Positions 16,621 to 26,533 of a DNA stretch of 34,180 nucleotides are shown piece by piece (positions within the stretch are counted from its first letter, which is position 1; every line of letters begins with the position of its first letter). The position numbers and the translations under genes were made by a program. A model generated the notes under the pieces. That model saw only the letters and a program-made list of their open reading frames with translations. It ran no database searches and had not been told where the DNA came from. Location of the stretch: sequence record SRR31156797_6279; one strand, given 5' to 3'.

Positions 16621-17172
16621 GTGAAGTTGATTGAAACGGAATTTCCCGGACTGGTGGTTGTTGAACCCAAGGTTTTCAGGGATAGGCGGGGCTTTTTTCT
16701 GGAAAGTTTCAATAAAAATGTCTTTGCGGAAAATGGGTTGCCCACTGATTTTGTTCAAGACAACCATGCATATTCATCAGGTCTCGGCGTCATTCGCGGT
16801 CTTCATTTGCAGATGCCTCCATATGCTCAGGCAAAGCTTGTTTGGGTAACTCGCGGGGCAGTCAACGATGTAGTGGTAGATCTGCGTAAAGGATCACCAA
16901 CCTACCGGAGATCGTTCAAAATTGAACTATCTGCGGATAATTTCCTGAGGTTGTTTATCCCCAAGGGATTTGCGCATGGATATGAAACCCTGACCGAGGA
17001 AAACGAGTTCATGTACAAGGTCGATTTCGGATACGCCCCCGGCAGCGAGGCCGGGATCAGGTGGGATGATCCGGAGCTTAATATCGACTGGAAGACAAAG
17101 AATCCGGTACTTTCCGACAAAGACCAGAAGCTTCCTCTTCTGGCACAGTTTGACTCCCCTTTTGAGTTCTAA
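16621..17172 (+). CDS. rmlC: dTDP-4-dehydrorhamnose 3,5-epimerase
   Basis: DRRGFFLESF, FVQDNH, IRGLHLQ, QAKLV, VDLRKGSPT, IPKGFAHG, LSDKD; GTG start after GGAGG. Confidence 0.96.
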   Translation: MKLIETEFPGLVVVEPKVFRDRRGFFLESFNKNVFAENGLPTDFVQDNHAYSSGLGVIRGLHLQMPPYAQAKLVWVTRGAVNDVVVDLRKGSPTYRRSFKIELSADNFLRLFIPKGFAHGYETLTEENEFMYKVDFGYAPGSEAGIRWDDPELNIDWKTKNPVLSDKDQKLPLLAQFDSPFEF

Positions 17173-17253
17173 ACTGGGCTGCGGGAGGTGTTTTACAAAC
17201 ACTTTTCTGCTTCTCTTTGTCAGAAAATAGGGGTCTTTCTTCTTTTGGGGAGT

Positions 17254-17271
17254 TTGTGAAAAGTTTCATAT
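17254..17271 (+). promoter_or_regulatory. Rex-like operator upstream of qrcA
   Basis: TTGTGAA-AAGT-TTCATAT versus the Rex box TTGTGAA-N4-TTCACAA; next to a TTGACA -35 at 17276. Confidence 0.65.
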
Positions 17272-17364
17272 TCTCTTGACATAGAAAGATTCTCTATTTT
17301 AGAAGAAATGGCGTTAATTGGTTGTTTATGTTTCACAAAACTTAAGGAGTAGTGGGGCGAGGTT

Positions 17365-17916
17365 ATGGAGGAAAAAAGAACATCGAAGCAGTGTGGAGGA
17401 GTTCTTCCTTTCTTCATCGGTGTCCTTGCGAGCCTGATCGTCGGTTGGTGGGTTTTCCCGCAGGTTATTTATAGCCAGAAGACTCAGCCTATCGATTTCA
17501 GCCACAAGGTTCATGTTGAAGGTGAAGGTATGGACTGTGAGTCATGTCACATGTTTTTGGAAGACGGTTCCTTTGCAGGTCTGCCTTCCAACGAGCAGTG
17601 TGCTGAGTGTCACGAAGATGTCCTCGGTGAAACCGAAGCTGAGGAAATTTACGTGACCGAGTATCTGCAGAAGGGTGTGGAAGTACCCTGGCTGGTTTAT
17701 CAGTATCAGCCCGATAATGTTTACTTTTCGCACATGGCACACCAAGGCTTCGAGTGTACGGATTGCCATCCCGACGTAGGCAACAGCGACACGCTGCCGA
17801 CGTATTACGAAAACAGAATCAGCGGTTACAGCAAGCAGACCATGAAGATGTGGCAGTGTGAACGCTGTCATGCGGAAGTTGGTACCAGCAACGCATGTTA
17901 CGTCTGCCATAAGTAA
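17365..17916 (+). CDS. qrcA: Menaquinone reductase complex, membrane-anchored multiheme cytochrome c
   Basis: N-terminal TM, QPIDFSHKVH, five CxxCH motifs (CESCH, CAECH, CTDCH, CERCH, CYVCH); operon context. Confidence 0.93.
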   Translation: MEEKRTSKQCGGVLPFFIGVLASLIVGWWVFPQVIYSQKTQPIDFSHKVHVEGEGMDCESCHMFLEDGSFAGLPSNEQCAECHEDVLGETEAEEIYVTEYLQKGVEVPWLVYQYQPDNVYFSHMAHQGFECTDCHPDVGNSDTLPTYYENRISGYSKQTMKMWQCERCHAEVGTSNACYVCHK

Positions 17917-17929
17917 GTGAGGGACTGCA

Positions 17930-19999
17930 ATGGGTATTGATCGCAGAACTTTTATTCAATTGGTAACAGGTGGTGTTGTTGGTTCACTCTTCACCCCTGT
18001 AATTTGGAAATCTCTGGATGATGCAGCTATCTGGTCGCAGAACTGGTCTTGGATTCCCAGACTGAAATACGGTGCAATCACTGAACAGGCTTCTGTTGCC
18101 AAATTTGGTGCAGCTCCCTGTGCGGAGATTGTTAAGTCCGTAGGTGGAAGTCCTTATCTCTCCAGAGGAAACGCAGAAAACGAAATGAGCAAGGGCGGTG
18201 TTGATCCTGTCAGCGCCAGTGGTCCTCAGCTCATGTACAGTCCTTCCCGTATCAACGGTCCCATGAAAAAGACCGCGGAAGGCAAATACGAGTCCATCTC
18301 CTGGGAAGATGCTGAAAAGCTCCTCTCCGAGAAACTCGCTGCAGTTAAAGGACAGAAAGGCAAACTCGCTGTTGTCTCCGGTGATGTAACCGGTACCGCA
18401 ACTGAGGTTCTGTCCGGTTTCGCCTCTGAAATGGGCGCGGACTGCTACCTGATGCCCTCTGAAGAGCAGGGCGCAGCCGTGGCTCTGGCGAGCATGGGCG
18501 GAAAAGGCCAGATCGGTTATGATCTGGAAAATTCCGACTTCGTGCTTTTCGTAGGTGCGGATGCTATGGATTCATGGGGTTCGGTTGTGAGAAACCAGTG
18601 TGTTTACTCCGAAAGCCGTCCCACCGGTGAAGAAATTAAGACTACTTATGTCTACGCCGGTCCTTTCCAGAACAGCACAGCGGCCGCTGCAGATAAGTGG
18701 GTTCCGGTTGCTCCCGGCACCGGCGCTATCTTCTGCCTCGGTCTTGCTTACCATATGCTCAAGGCCGGAGCTTCCGCTTCCGCCTCCGACTTCGCCGACT
18801 TTAAGACTCTGGTAATGTCCAGATTCTCTCCCGATAAAGTGGAGAAAGCCACTGGCGTATCCGGAGTGGAAATGGCTGCTATTGCCAAGCGCATTATGAA
18901 ATCTTCCACTCCCGTTGTTGTTGCAGGCTCCGAGTTCGCTCAGGGTGCAGGCGCAGCTGACGTGATTGCCGCTGCTGCAGTTAACATGCTGCTCGGTCGC
19001 GTCAACAAAGACGGCGGTATGAAGATTCTCCCTGAACTGCCCACAGCTATTGAAGCTGCTGCAGGTCGTTCCGAATTGGCTGCCAAAGACTTTATCGGCT
19101 ACCTTGCAGGTATCGCAGCAGGCAAAGTTGCAGCTCCTGAAGTAATGATGGCTTATGAAGCCAACCCTGTTTTCGCACTGCCCCAGAACACAGCTCTGGC
19201 ACCGGCGTTTGAAAAAGCAGGTTTCCTCGTAAGCTTCAGCACCTATATGGATGAAACAGCTTCCAAGGCTGACCTGATTATGCCCAACCCCACCAGCTAT
19301 GAGCGTTTTGAAGATGCACAGACCCCTTACGGTGTCGGCTCCGCAATGCTCGCAGCCAGTGCTCCTGTTGCAGAGCCTCTCTACAACAGCAAGCCCACTG
19401 TGGACGTTGTCCTTGGCGTGGCTTCCGGTCTGGGTATTGACCTTGGTTACGAATCCTCAGAAGCCGTTTATCAGGCTAAAGCCGAAAAAGCAGGCGCTGA
19501 CTGGGATTCCCTTGTAGAAGGCGCTGCTTACGTTTCCGATTCCACTGAATCCGGTTCCATCAAGTTTGCAGCATCTGTCCTTTCCAAGGCTGTGGCCATG
19601 CCTAAGGGCGGAGAAATCGCTCTTGCTCCTTACTCCAAGCTCATCTTTGGTACTCCCACTGTGGCTATTCCGCCGCTGAATGTGGTTGCTATCAGTAAGT
19701 TCGAGCTGCTGGGTAAAGACCTCATGGTTCAGGTTAACTCTAAGACTGCCAAGAAACTCGGCGTGTCTGAAGGTTCCAAGGTCAAGCTTGCCGGAGCAGG
19801 CGGAGAGTGCGCTGTAAGAATCCATATTAATGAAGGCGTAATGAATGATGTTATCGCCGCACCTCTTGGATTCGGTCACACCGCATGGGATGCTTACTCC
19901 AGCGGTAAAGGCGAAAACATCTCCAAACTTCTCACCGTTGGTACTGAGTCCGGCACCGGTTTATCCGTGTGGACCAGTTCTTTCGTGAGTATCGCCTAA
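17930..19999 (+). CDS. qrcB: Qrc molybdopterin-oxidoreductase-like subunit
   Basis: Tat motif DRRTFI, SLDDAAIWSQNWSWIP, ISWEDA, STYMDETA..ADLIMP; no N-terminal FeS cysteine cluster. Confidence 0.93.
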   Translation: MGIDRRTFIQLVTGGVVGSLFTPVIWKSLDDAAIWSQNWSWIPRLKYGAITEQASVAKFGAAPCAEIVKSVGGSPYLSRGNAENEMSKGGVDPVSASGPQLMYSPSRINGPMKKTAEGKYESISWEDAEKLLSEKLAAVKGQKGKLAVVSGDVTGTATEVLSGFASEMGADCYLMPSEEQGAAVALASMGGKGQIGYDLENSDFVLFVGADAMDSWGSVVRNQCVYSESRPTGEEIKTTYVYAGPFQNSTAAAADKWVPVAPGTGAIFCLGLAYHMLKAGASASASDFADFKTLVMSRFSPDKVEKATGVSGVEMAAIAKRIMKSSTPVVVAGSEFAQGAGAADVIAAAAVNMLLGRVNKDGGMKILPELPTAIEAAAGRSELAAKDFIGYLAGIAAGKVAAPEVMMAYEANPVFALPQNTALAPAFEKAGFLVSFSTYMDETASKADLIMPNPTSYERFEDAQTPYGVGSAMLAASAPVAEPLYNSKPTVDVVLGVASGLGIDLGYESSEAVYQAKAEKAGADWDSLVEGAAYVSDSTESGSIKFAASVLSKAVAMPKGGEIALAPYSKLIFGTPTVAIPPLNVVAISKFELLGKDLMVQVNSKTAKKLGVSEGSKVKLAGAGGECAVRIHINEGVMNDVIAAPLGFGHTAWDAYSSGKGENISKLLTVGTESGTGLSVWTSSFVSIA

Positions 20000-20022
20000 A
20001 TTAAAGTCAGGGGATTCACGTT

Positions 20023-20781
20023 ATGCAACAATTGGAATTTGATACTAAATGGACCATGGTAGTAGATGTCGACAAGTGTACCGGTTGCGGTGCTTGTATG
20101 GTGTCCTGCCAGGCTGAAAATAACATAGCTCCCATGGAAGAAGGGTCCAACAAGCTTAAGACCCTCACCTGGATGCTTGTGTACGAACTCAACAACGGTA
20201 AGGAATTCCCCAACAGGGAAGTTGCCTACCTGCCCAGACCCTGCATGCAGTGCGGACACCCTGCCTGCGTTCCCGTCTGTCCCGTAGTTGCTACTACTAA
20301 GGATGAAGAAGGCGGTATCGTCAGTCAGATTTATCCCCGTTGCATCGGTTGCAGATACTGTATGGCAGCTTGCCCTTACCACGCTCGCTACTTTGGCTGG
20401 CTCGACCCGGTATGGCCCGGTGGTATGGATAAGGCTCTGTCTCCCTCAACCTCTACCCGTCCTCGCGGTGTTGTTGAGAAATGTAACTTCTGCCACTCCA
20501 GACTGCTAGATGCACGTCAGCGTGCTCGTAACGAAGGTCTGGATCCCAACAAGCTCCCCGACGGCTGGTATCAGCCTGCTTGTCTGGAAGCATGTCCCAC
20601 TGGGGCAATCTCCTTCGGTGATGCCAAGAACCCTGAGCACAAAGTTCATGAACTGATCAAGAGCCCCAATGCTTTCCGCATTCTGGAATCTATCGGCATG
20701 GATCCTCAGGTTTACTACATCAGCCGTCGTGACTGGGTCCGTGAGCAGAGTGATAACCACGTCGCTGAAGACAAGCACTAG
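20023..20781 (+). CDS. qrcC: Qrc iron-sulfur subunit (NrfC/DmsB-like)
   Basis: CTGCGACMVSC, CMQCGHPACVPVCP, CIGCRYCMAACPY, KCNFC..PACLEACP. Confidence 0.95.
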   Translation: MQQLEFDTKWTMVVDVDKCTGCGACMVSCQAENNIAPMEEGSNKLKTLTWMLVYELNNGKEFPNREVAYLPRPCMQCGHPACVPVCPVVATTKDEEGGIVSQIYPRCIGCRYCMAACPYHARYFGWLDPVWPGGMDKALSPSTSTRPRGVVEKCNFCHSRLLDARQRARNEGLDPNKLPDGWYQPACLEACPTGAISFGDAKNPEHKVHELIKSPNAFRILESIGMDPQVYYISRRDWVREQSDNHVAEDKH

Positions 20782-20795
20782 GAGGGAGGTTTACC

Positions 20796-22028
20796 ATGGA
20801 TAGCAATCTCTTCCCCGAAGGCGTAAAACGCTGCGGACTTCCCAAGTTCCTGCTGTGGATGGCATTTCCTGCCGCTATTCTGCTCTGGGGAGCTTACGCT
20901 GCCGGACAGATTTTCTACTACGGCATCGGCGTAACCGGCCTTGATAACTACTTCGGGTTCGGCCTCTGGATTACTTTTGACCTTGCGGTTATTGCTCTTG
21001 GTGCTGGTGCATTCTTCACCGGTTTCCTCAAGTATATCCTCAAGATCGATCAACTTAAAAATATCATCAACCTTGCAGTAGTCTTAGGATTTCTGTGCTA
21101 CTCCGGCGCCATGCTCATTCTGACCATGGATATCGGGCAGCCCATCCGCGCATGGTTCGGTTACTGGCACCCCAACGTGCATTCCATGCTCACAGAAGTT
21201 ATCTTCTGTATTACCTGTTACTGCACCGTTCTGATTATTGAATTCATTCCGCTGGTTCTCGAGCAGAAGCAGCTGAACAAGATTCCTTTCCTGCACCATT
21301 TTGCCCATCATCTGCACGTGAATATGGCATTGTTCGCAGGTATCGGAACCTTCCTGTCCACCTTTCACCAGGGTTCTCTCGGTGGTATGTACGGCGTTAT
21401 GTTTGGTCGTCCATACGCTTTTCGTGAAGGTTTCTTCATCTGGCCCTGGACTTTCTTCCTCTTCGTTCTCTCTGCTGTGGGTTCCGGTCCTGTTTTCACA
21501 GTTCTGGTTTGTACCCTCATCGAGAAAATGACCGGTAGGAAGTTGGTGGAATACAAAGTGAAAGCCCTGATGGGTAAAATCGCCGGTACCATGCTCTGCG
21601 TGTACATGTTCTTCAAGATCATCGACACTTGGGCTTGGGCTGTTGGTTACCTGCCTTCCGTCGGACTGACCTTCGACCAGATGTTCTACGGTAACGTCTA
21701 CGGACAGTGGCTGCTCTGGACTGAGCTCGTACTTTGCGGCATCGTTCCCGCAATCATGCTGATCACTCCGTCCATCAGGAACAACCCCAGCCTGCTGTAC
21801 ACTGCAGCGATTCTGGACTGCATCGGCGTATCCATCAACCGTTACGTCTTCACCGTTCAGACCATCGCTATCCCGGTTATGCCTTTTGATAACTGGGAAA
21901 TTTATGTACCCAACTGGGCAGAATGGGCAACCTCGCTCATGATCTGCGCATACGGTGCTCTGGTGCTCAGCCTCTGCTATCGCTATCTGCCTATGTTCCC
22001 TCAGGAAGTTAAGCTGAATAAGAAGTAG
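20796..22028 (+). CDS. qrcD: Qrc integral membrane subunit (NrfD/PsrC family)
   Basis: FGLWITFDL, DIGQPIR, HSMLTEV, STFHQGSLGG, NRYV; multiple TM helices. Confidence 0.95.
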   Translation: MDSNLFPEGVKRCGLPKFLLWMAFPAAILLWGAYAAGQIFYYGIGVTGLDNYFGFGLWITFDLAVIALGAGAFFTGFLKYILKIDQLKNIINLAVVLGFLCYSGAMLILTMDIGQPIRAWFGYWHPNVHSMLTEVIFCITCYCTVLIIEFIPLVLEQKQLNKIPFLHHFAHHLHVNMALFAGIGTFLSTFHQGSLGGMYGVMFGRPYAFREGFFIWPWTFFLFVLSAVGSGPVFTVLVCTLIEKMTGRKLVEYKVKALMGKIAGTMLCVYMFFKIIDTWAWAVGYLPSVGLTFDQMFYGNVYGQWLLWTELVLCGIVPAIMLITPSIRNNPSLLYTAAILDCIGVSINRYVFTVQTIAIPVMPFDNWEIYVPNWAEWATSLMICAYGALVLSLCYRYLPMFPQEVKLNKK

Positions 22029-22055
22029 CATCCGGCTGGTTGCTCAAGTAAAGTT

Positions 22056-22090
22056 AAAAGGCCCTGCTCGTGAGAGTGGGGCCTTTTCTT
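22056..22090 (+). terminator. qrc operon terminator
   Basis: AAAAGGCCCTGCTC-GTGA-GAGTGGGGCCTTTT. Confidence 0.85.
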
Positions 22091-22274
22091 GTTTTTAGGA
22101 CTGTTATGGATAAGACCAATTTTTACTTGAAAGTTTTGGCCTTGAATGATCGCGCTTCTTAACTAGTTGGCAAGGGTTAAAAGATTACTGGGATGATTCT
22201 GTTGTTTAATTGAGTGGGGCGTACCTCATTTCTTAATTCATTTAATGCGGAGTAAAAGTAAGTTGGCAGTGTAA

Positions 22275-22313
22275 AAAAGAAAGCCTCCCCGCTACGCGGG
22301 GAGGCTTTCTTTT
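22275..22313 (-). terminator. Terminator of the ABC/cNMP operon, with T tracts on both strands
   Basis: Perfect 18-bp stem AAAAGAAAGCCTCCCCGC-TAC-GCGGGGAGGCTTTCTTTT. Confidence 0.88.
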
Positions 22314-22331
22314 ACATTAATTAATCTTAGC

Positions 22332-22934
22332 CTAGTAAGGCAGAAACCACTTCATTCCTTGCATCTTAGCCGGAATGGGCTTCTCTTTTACTGGTGGGTG
22401 TGTGATATCCCAGCATTCTCTTTCCTGTTCAATCCATGAGGGACGGGAAAGCCTGATGGAGTTCCCTTTGGTTATGCTGTCATCATCGCCGCTGAAATGT
22501 TGCAGAATGAGGCTGACATTACCGTCTGCATCACCCAAGGACCATTTCCATACTTTGAGAGTTCCGAATGGATTGCCACGCCAGTCATTAGGCTTGCCGA
22601 AACGTTTTTCAATTTTGCCATAAAGCTTATTAAAAAAGTCCATGCTACCGTCTTGGTACTTGAGCTTCATGCGCAGGATAATGTCATTGCGTTTGCAGTT
22701 CCCGACAACAACATACCCGCCTTTGTATCCTTCCATGTCTTTCAGGCCAATCCGTTTGATGTATTCCTCCTGCCATGGGGAGGTCTTTGATTTCATATCC
22801 AAAAGGGAGCGGATTGTTGAGACATTGTTACCAATGGTTATACCCGCAACTGATTCTGGGGCATTCTGAGCTGCAAAAGCATCGGAGATGCCAAGCATGG
22901 AAATTAATACGGTCAATAAGATAAGTTTCTTCAT
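22332..22934 (-). CDS. Exported hypothetical protein
   Basis: MKK plus hydrophobic signal peptide ending DAFA; last gene of the operon; no recognised domain. Confidence 0.82.
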   Translation of the reverse strand: MKKLILLTVLISMLGISDAFAAQNAPESVAGITIGNNVSTIRSLLDMKSKTSPWQEEYIKRIGLKDMEGYKGGYVVVGNCKRNDIILRMKLKYQDGSMDFFNKLYGKIEKRFGKPNDWRGNPFGTLKVWKWSLGDADGNVSLILQHFSGDDDSITKGNSIRLSRPSWIEQERECWDITHPPVKEKPIPAKMQGMKWFLPY

Positions 22935-22961
22935 TTGATCATTCCTGTAGGCCCGTGGGCA

Positions 22962-23459
22962 CTAAATGAGAGTCAATCCTATCCCGGAAGTGCAACCGGA
23001 ACATCCTGTGTTGTAGTTTGTTATGAATCTTTCTTCCCAGTTACTTATCATGTCAACTGTGGCTTTCAAGAATTTATTGCTGATAACAGGATATTGTTCC
23101 TGAGCCTTCTTGAATTTTTCACTGGTCAGGCGAATGCATACGCAATCTGAAGTAGCTTTAAGAGTGAATAATCTTTTAGAGTCGCCAATGAGTGACAATG
23201 CGCCGACAAAATCACCTTCTTTAAAGGATTGGATTTTGGTGGGACCATGATCAAGGAAAGCTTCCATGGTGCCACTGATCAGATAATAGGCGGATTGGTC
23301 AAGGTCTCCACAGGCAAAGACTTCGTCACCTGCAGAGAATTTTTCGCGTACGCAAAGGTAGGCAATCAGCTTCTGTGCTTCAAGGTCAAGACCGGAGAAG
23401 TAAGGAATCTCCCTCATTATTTCCAAATGTTCTTGGTATTCGCTTGTTTCTGCTGTCAT
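22962..23459 (-). CDS. Stand-alone cyclic nucleotide-binding domain protein
   Basis: IPYFSGL, FSAGDEVF..GD, YYLISG, GDFVGALSL..RLFTLKA; no HTH. Confidence 0.85.
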   Translation of the reverse strand: MTAETSEYQEHLEIMREIPYFSGLDLEAQKLIAYLCVREKFSAGDEVFACGDLDQSAYYLISGTMEAFLDHGPTKIQSFKEGDFVGALSLIGDSKRLFTLKATSDCVCIRLTSEKFKKAQEQYPVISNKFLKATVDMISNWEERFITNYNTGCSGCTSGIGLTLI

Positions 23460-23461
23460 GA

Positions 23462-25957
23462 CTAATGTGCTCCATGTACGAGTTCATAAAGAAGTCCCTT
23501 TTTCGCCATGAGTTCATCATAGGGACCGACTTCCATCAATTTACCAGCCTTCATGACTGCCACTTTATCGTAGTTTTTAATGGTATCCAGTCTATGGATA
23601 ACCGAGATAAGTGTTGCTTTGCCTTTCCATTTGGTTTCAAGCAGTCCCTGAATACGGTTCTGGGATCTGTTGTCCAGCGCCGAAGTTGCCTCATCCATTA
23701 TCATGATGGGCGGATTCTTGAGGAAGGTCCGGGCAATAGCCAGCTTCTGGCGTTGACCGCCGGAAAGCTTGTCACCCTTGGTTCCAACCTGAAATTCCAT
23801 GCCTAATTCTACAACTGTTTCAAGGAGGTCTTCCTCGATTAGCAGCTGGATCATGGATTGGTTGATGGCGTCTTGAACCTTGGGATGATCGGTCTTGGGT
23901 TTACCGAAAAGGATGTTGTCCAGAATTGTTTGTGAAGGGATGAATTCAGTCATCTGGTAGAAGCTGAATGCTTCGGGCAAGTCTTCAGAAATTCTGGAAT
24001 TGAATATCTTGCGGCCATCAAGGATCAAACCTTTCAATACAGCAGGAAGGGCGACAATTTTATGCACTCCGGGAACAAAACCAAGAGCAAGGCGAAGCAG
24101 CATTTCACGGTCCTTGCCTTTGAGTTCAAGCAAGGGAGTGTCGTCAATGCGTCCGGTAAGTTGCTTATAATCTTCAAATTCCTCGGAAGGAATGGGGCTT
24201 TGTTCGAAGAATACTTCGTCCGGCGGGAGATTGCCCAGAATATCGACAGTCTGCTTGGCTAATTCGCGTCCGAGACTAAGCAGCGGTGTTTCCAATTGCG
24301 CTTCTTTAAGGAAGTTTTGGAAATAGTCATTGCTGACCAGTTCGCGACCCGAGAAACTATTGTCATTTGCATGTCCGAAGGTAATGTTCCCAGCAACTGA
24401 TGAGAAATCGAGATACTGGCCGTCCTGATAAAACTCCACGTGCTCGGCAAGCCTGTCGCCGAAATCTGAGTGGAAGTTCTTACGGACCCTGACTAACCGT
24501 TCTGAAAGCTCGGTCTCTTTGTCAGGGTCGAGTAGTGTGTTCAAGCCGAAGCGGAGCACGTCAACAAAGATACCTGCCTGCTGGACAGCCTCAATCATGT
24601 TGTCCCGGCTGGGCATTTTCTGCTCGGCATCTGGATCACCTTCAAGGACGGCTGCACAGGAGTAAAGCAGGTTGTCCTTGATAGTTCCGGAGAAAATGAA
24701 CGGCGACTGGGCCACAATGCCCATATTGTGGACCATATCGGCTTTGGTCAGGTCCCCGACTTCGTAGCCGTCGATTTTTACCGACCCTCCCGTGTATTTA
24801 TATAGCTGGGATACACATTGGGCCAACGTACTTTTCCCACTGCCCGAGAATCCCACAAGGGCCATTTGTTCTCCGGGCTTGAGCTGCATATTGATTTGCT
24901 TAAGCAGCCGTATATTGCCGGAAACAGTGAAACCGAGATTCTGGACTTCGATATTTCCTTTAAGTTCTACTGGAGCGCGTCCTTCAGGCTCAAGTTCAAA
25001 CTCTGGTTTGGTGTCGAAGTATTCCATGACCCGACTATAGCGGACCCCGGCATCGTTATGGACCTGATAGAAGTCCATGAGCTCTTTCCAGGGATCGTAA
25101 ATTTTTTCATAAGCGGAAAGGAATGCCACTAGAGCACCAAGGTCGAAGCGGCCCTGAATGGCAAGGTAACCACCTACGATGAAGAGCAGAAAGGGGCCAA
25201 GATTCTGGAAAAAGTTGTTCAGGACCTTAATGCCCTGTTTGTAAAGAATCCAAGTGATCCTGATCTTGAAAAGACGGTCAACAAAGGCACCGTATTTACG
25301 GTTTTCAATGCGGTAGGAGCCGTTTCCGTGGATTTCATGGATACCGGAAATGGTTTCATTGATATGGCTGGAAAGATATCTTGTCGTATCAACCCTTTTC
25401 TTATTGGCCTTGTTGGATCTTTTCTGGAGTTTAGGGACCAGATAAATCACAAAGGGGTAAAGGGCGATGGAAATACCGGCCATAATCGGGTTCAGGTAGA
25501 ACATGTATCCAGCAAAGGCGATGAGCGTGAGCAGGTTTGTCACCGGAACTGCTACGGACTGCCCAACATATTCACCGGCCGGAGCCAGTTCTGTTACTAA
25601 TGAGGAGACGACCATACCCGGGTTGGCCTTTCTGAAGTATCCCAGCGGCAGAGTTAAAATATGCGCATATAATTCCTTACGCATTTTTGCCAGTGCCTCC
25701 TGACCGATGTAGGTTTGCAGAACAGTGATCAGGTATTTAAGCAGGCTGGCTGATACAACAGATGCTATGTAGAAGCCACAGTACATGAAGAGTAGATCAA
25801 CCTTGCGCATACTAATGGCTTGGTTGATGATTTTCTTCTGCATTTCCAGAGGAACAAGTCTGACTGCTACTGTGAAGAAGATAACAACCAGCAATATGAG
25901 CTGCAATTTCATATTGCTGTTCTTCACCCAGTAGGTAAGCGGACGCTTGGTGATCAT
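23462..25957 (-). CDS. ABC exporter, fused TMD + NBD, with a large insertion in the NBD
   Basis: TM domain, Walker A GFSGSGKS, Q-loop VAQSP, LSGGQRQ, IMDEATSALD, H-loop IHRL. Confidence 0.93.
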   Translation of the reverse strand: MITKRPLTYWVKNSNMKLQLILLVVIFFTVAVRLVPLEMQKKIINQAISMRKVDLLFMYCGFYIASVVSASLLKYLITVLQTYIGQEALAKMRKELYAHILTLPLGYFRKANPGMVVSSLVTELAPAGEYVGQSVAVPVTNLLTLIAFAGYMFYLNPIMAGISIALYPFVIYLVPKLQKRSNKANKKRVDTTRYLSSHINETISGIHEIHGNGSYRIENRKYGAFVDRLFKIRITWILYKQGIKVLNNFFQNLGPFLLFIVGGYLAIQGRFDLGALVAFLSAYEKIYDPWKELMDFYQVHNDAGVRYSRVMEYFDTKPEFELEPEGRAPVELKGNIEVQNLGFTVSGNIRLLKQINMQLKPGEQMALVGFSGSGKSTLAQCVSQLYKYTGGSVKIDGYEVGDLTKADMVHNMGIVAQSPFIFSGTIKDNLLYSCAAVLEGDPDAEQKMPSRDNMIEAVQQAGIFVDVLRFGLNTLLDPDKETELSERLVRVRKNFHSDFGDRLAEHVEFYQDGQYLDFSSVAGNITFGHANDNSFSGRELVSNDYFQNFLKEAQLETPLLSLGRELAKQTVDILGNLPPDEVFFEQSPIPSEEFEDYKQLTGRIDDTPLLELKGKDREMLLRLALGFVPGVHKIVALPAVLKGLILDGRKIFNSRISEDLPEAFSFYQMTEFIPSQTILDNILFGKPKTDHPKVQDAINQSMIQLLIEEDLLETVVELGMEFQVGTKGDKLSGGQRQKLAIARTFLKNPPIMIMDEATSALDNRSQNRIQGLLETKWKGKATLISVIHRLDTIKNYDKVAVMKAGKLMEVGPYDELMAKKGLLYELVHGAH

Positions 25958-26008
25958 TAAAAACTCCTGTTTAGGCTATATATCTAACAAAAATTTATTA
26001 CCTTTTTG

Positions 26009-26037
26009 TTGACGCAGCGACAAGGGTTTTCTAACTT
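26009..26037 (+). promoter_or_regulatory. Probable sigma70 promoter of the RsbW-like gene
   Basis: TTGACG-N17-TAACTT. Confidence 0.5.
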
Positions 26038-26083
26038 ATGAGCGGTAATCGTACTATCTGTCCCACATGAGAAAATTGAGGAT

Positions 26084-26533
26084 ATGGTTTTGGTAAATAA
26101 TCCTGAGGCACAGGCTGACGGCGGCGTCACTTCTTCTTTTTCACTGAAATCAGATATTTCTGAACTCAGTGTCCTTGCTGAAAAAATTGAAAATTTCGGC
26201 AGTGAGCATGGTGTTTCTGATAAGACTGTGTTTGAACTCAATCTCGTGCTTGATGAGCTTTTTACGAACCTTGTCAGCTACGGTTGTCAGTCAGACAGGC
26301 ATAAGTTTGATATTATCATGGAATTGAAAGATGGAGTTCTCACCATCTGGATTGAGGATGACGGTAAGGAATTCAATCCTCTTGATGCTCCCGAACCGGA
26401 TGTGGGCTGCAAGTGTGAAGAGCGTAAAGTTGGTGGATTGGGAATCCATTTTATGCGCAAGATGATGGACAGCATTGAATATGCATGGAAAGATGGCAGG
26501 AATAAATTGACGTTGACCAAAAATATTCAATAG
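26084..26533 (+). CDS. RsbW/SpoIIAB-like anti-sigma factor / Ser kinase (HATPase_c)
   Basis: LVLDELFTNLVSYG, IEDDGKEFNP, GGLGIHFMRKMMD, GRNKL. Confidence 0.92.
   Translation: MVLVNNPEAQADGGVTSSFSLKSDISELSVLAEKIENFGSEHGVSDKTVFELNLVLDELFTNLVSYGCQSDRHKFDIIMELKDGVLTIWIEDDGKEFNPLDAPEPDVGCKCEERKVGGLGIHFMRKMMDSIEYAWKDGRNKLTLTKNIQ

Noticed and set aside
17365-22028. Polysulfide/DMSO reductase or alternative complex III call
   Set aside because: The four-gene order and the lack of an FeS motif in the large subunit match Qrc, a known complex
21084-22031. 315-aa antisense ORF (also 27843-28550, 32336-32875 and other overlapping ORFs)
   Set aside because: Shadow frames of well-supported genes, with no recognisable motifs
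22091-22274. Possible sRNA between two terminators
   Set aside because: Both hairpins are explained by the flanking operons; no convincing promoter or stable structure between them
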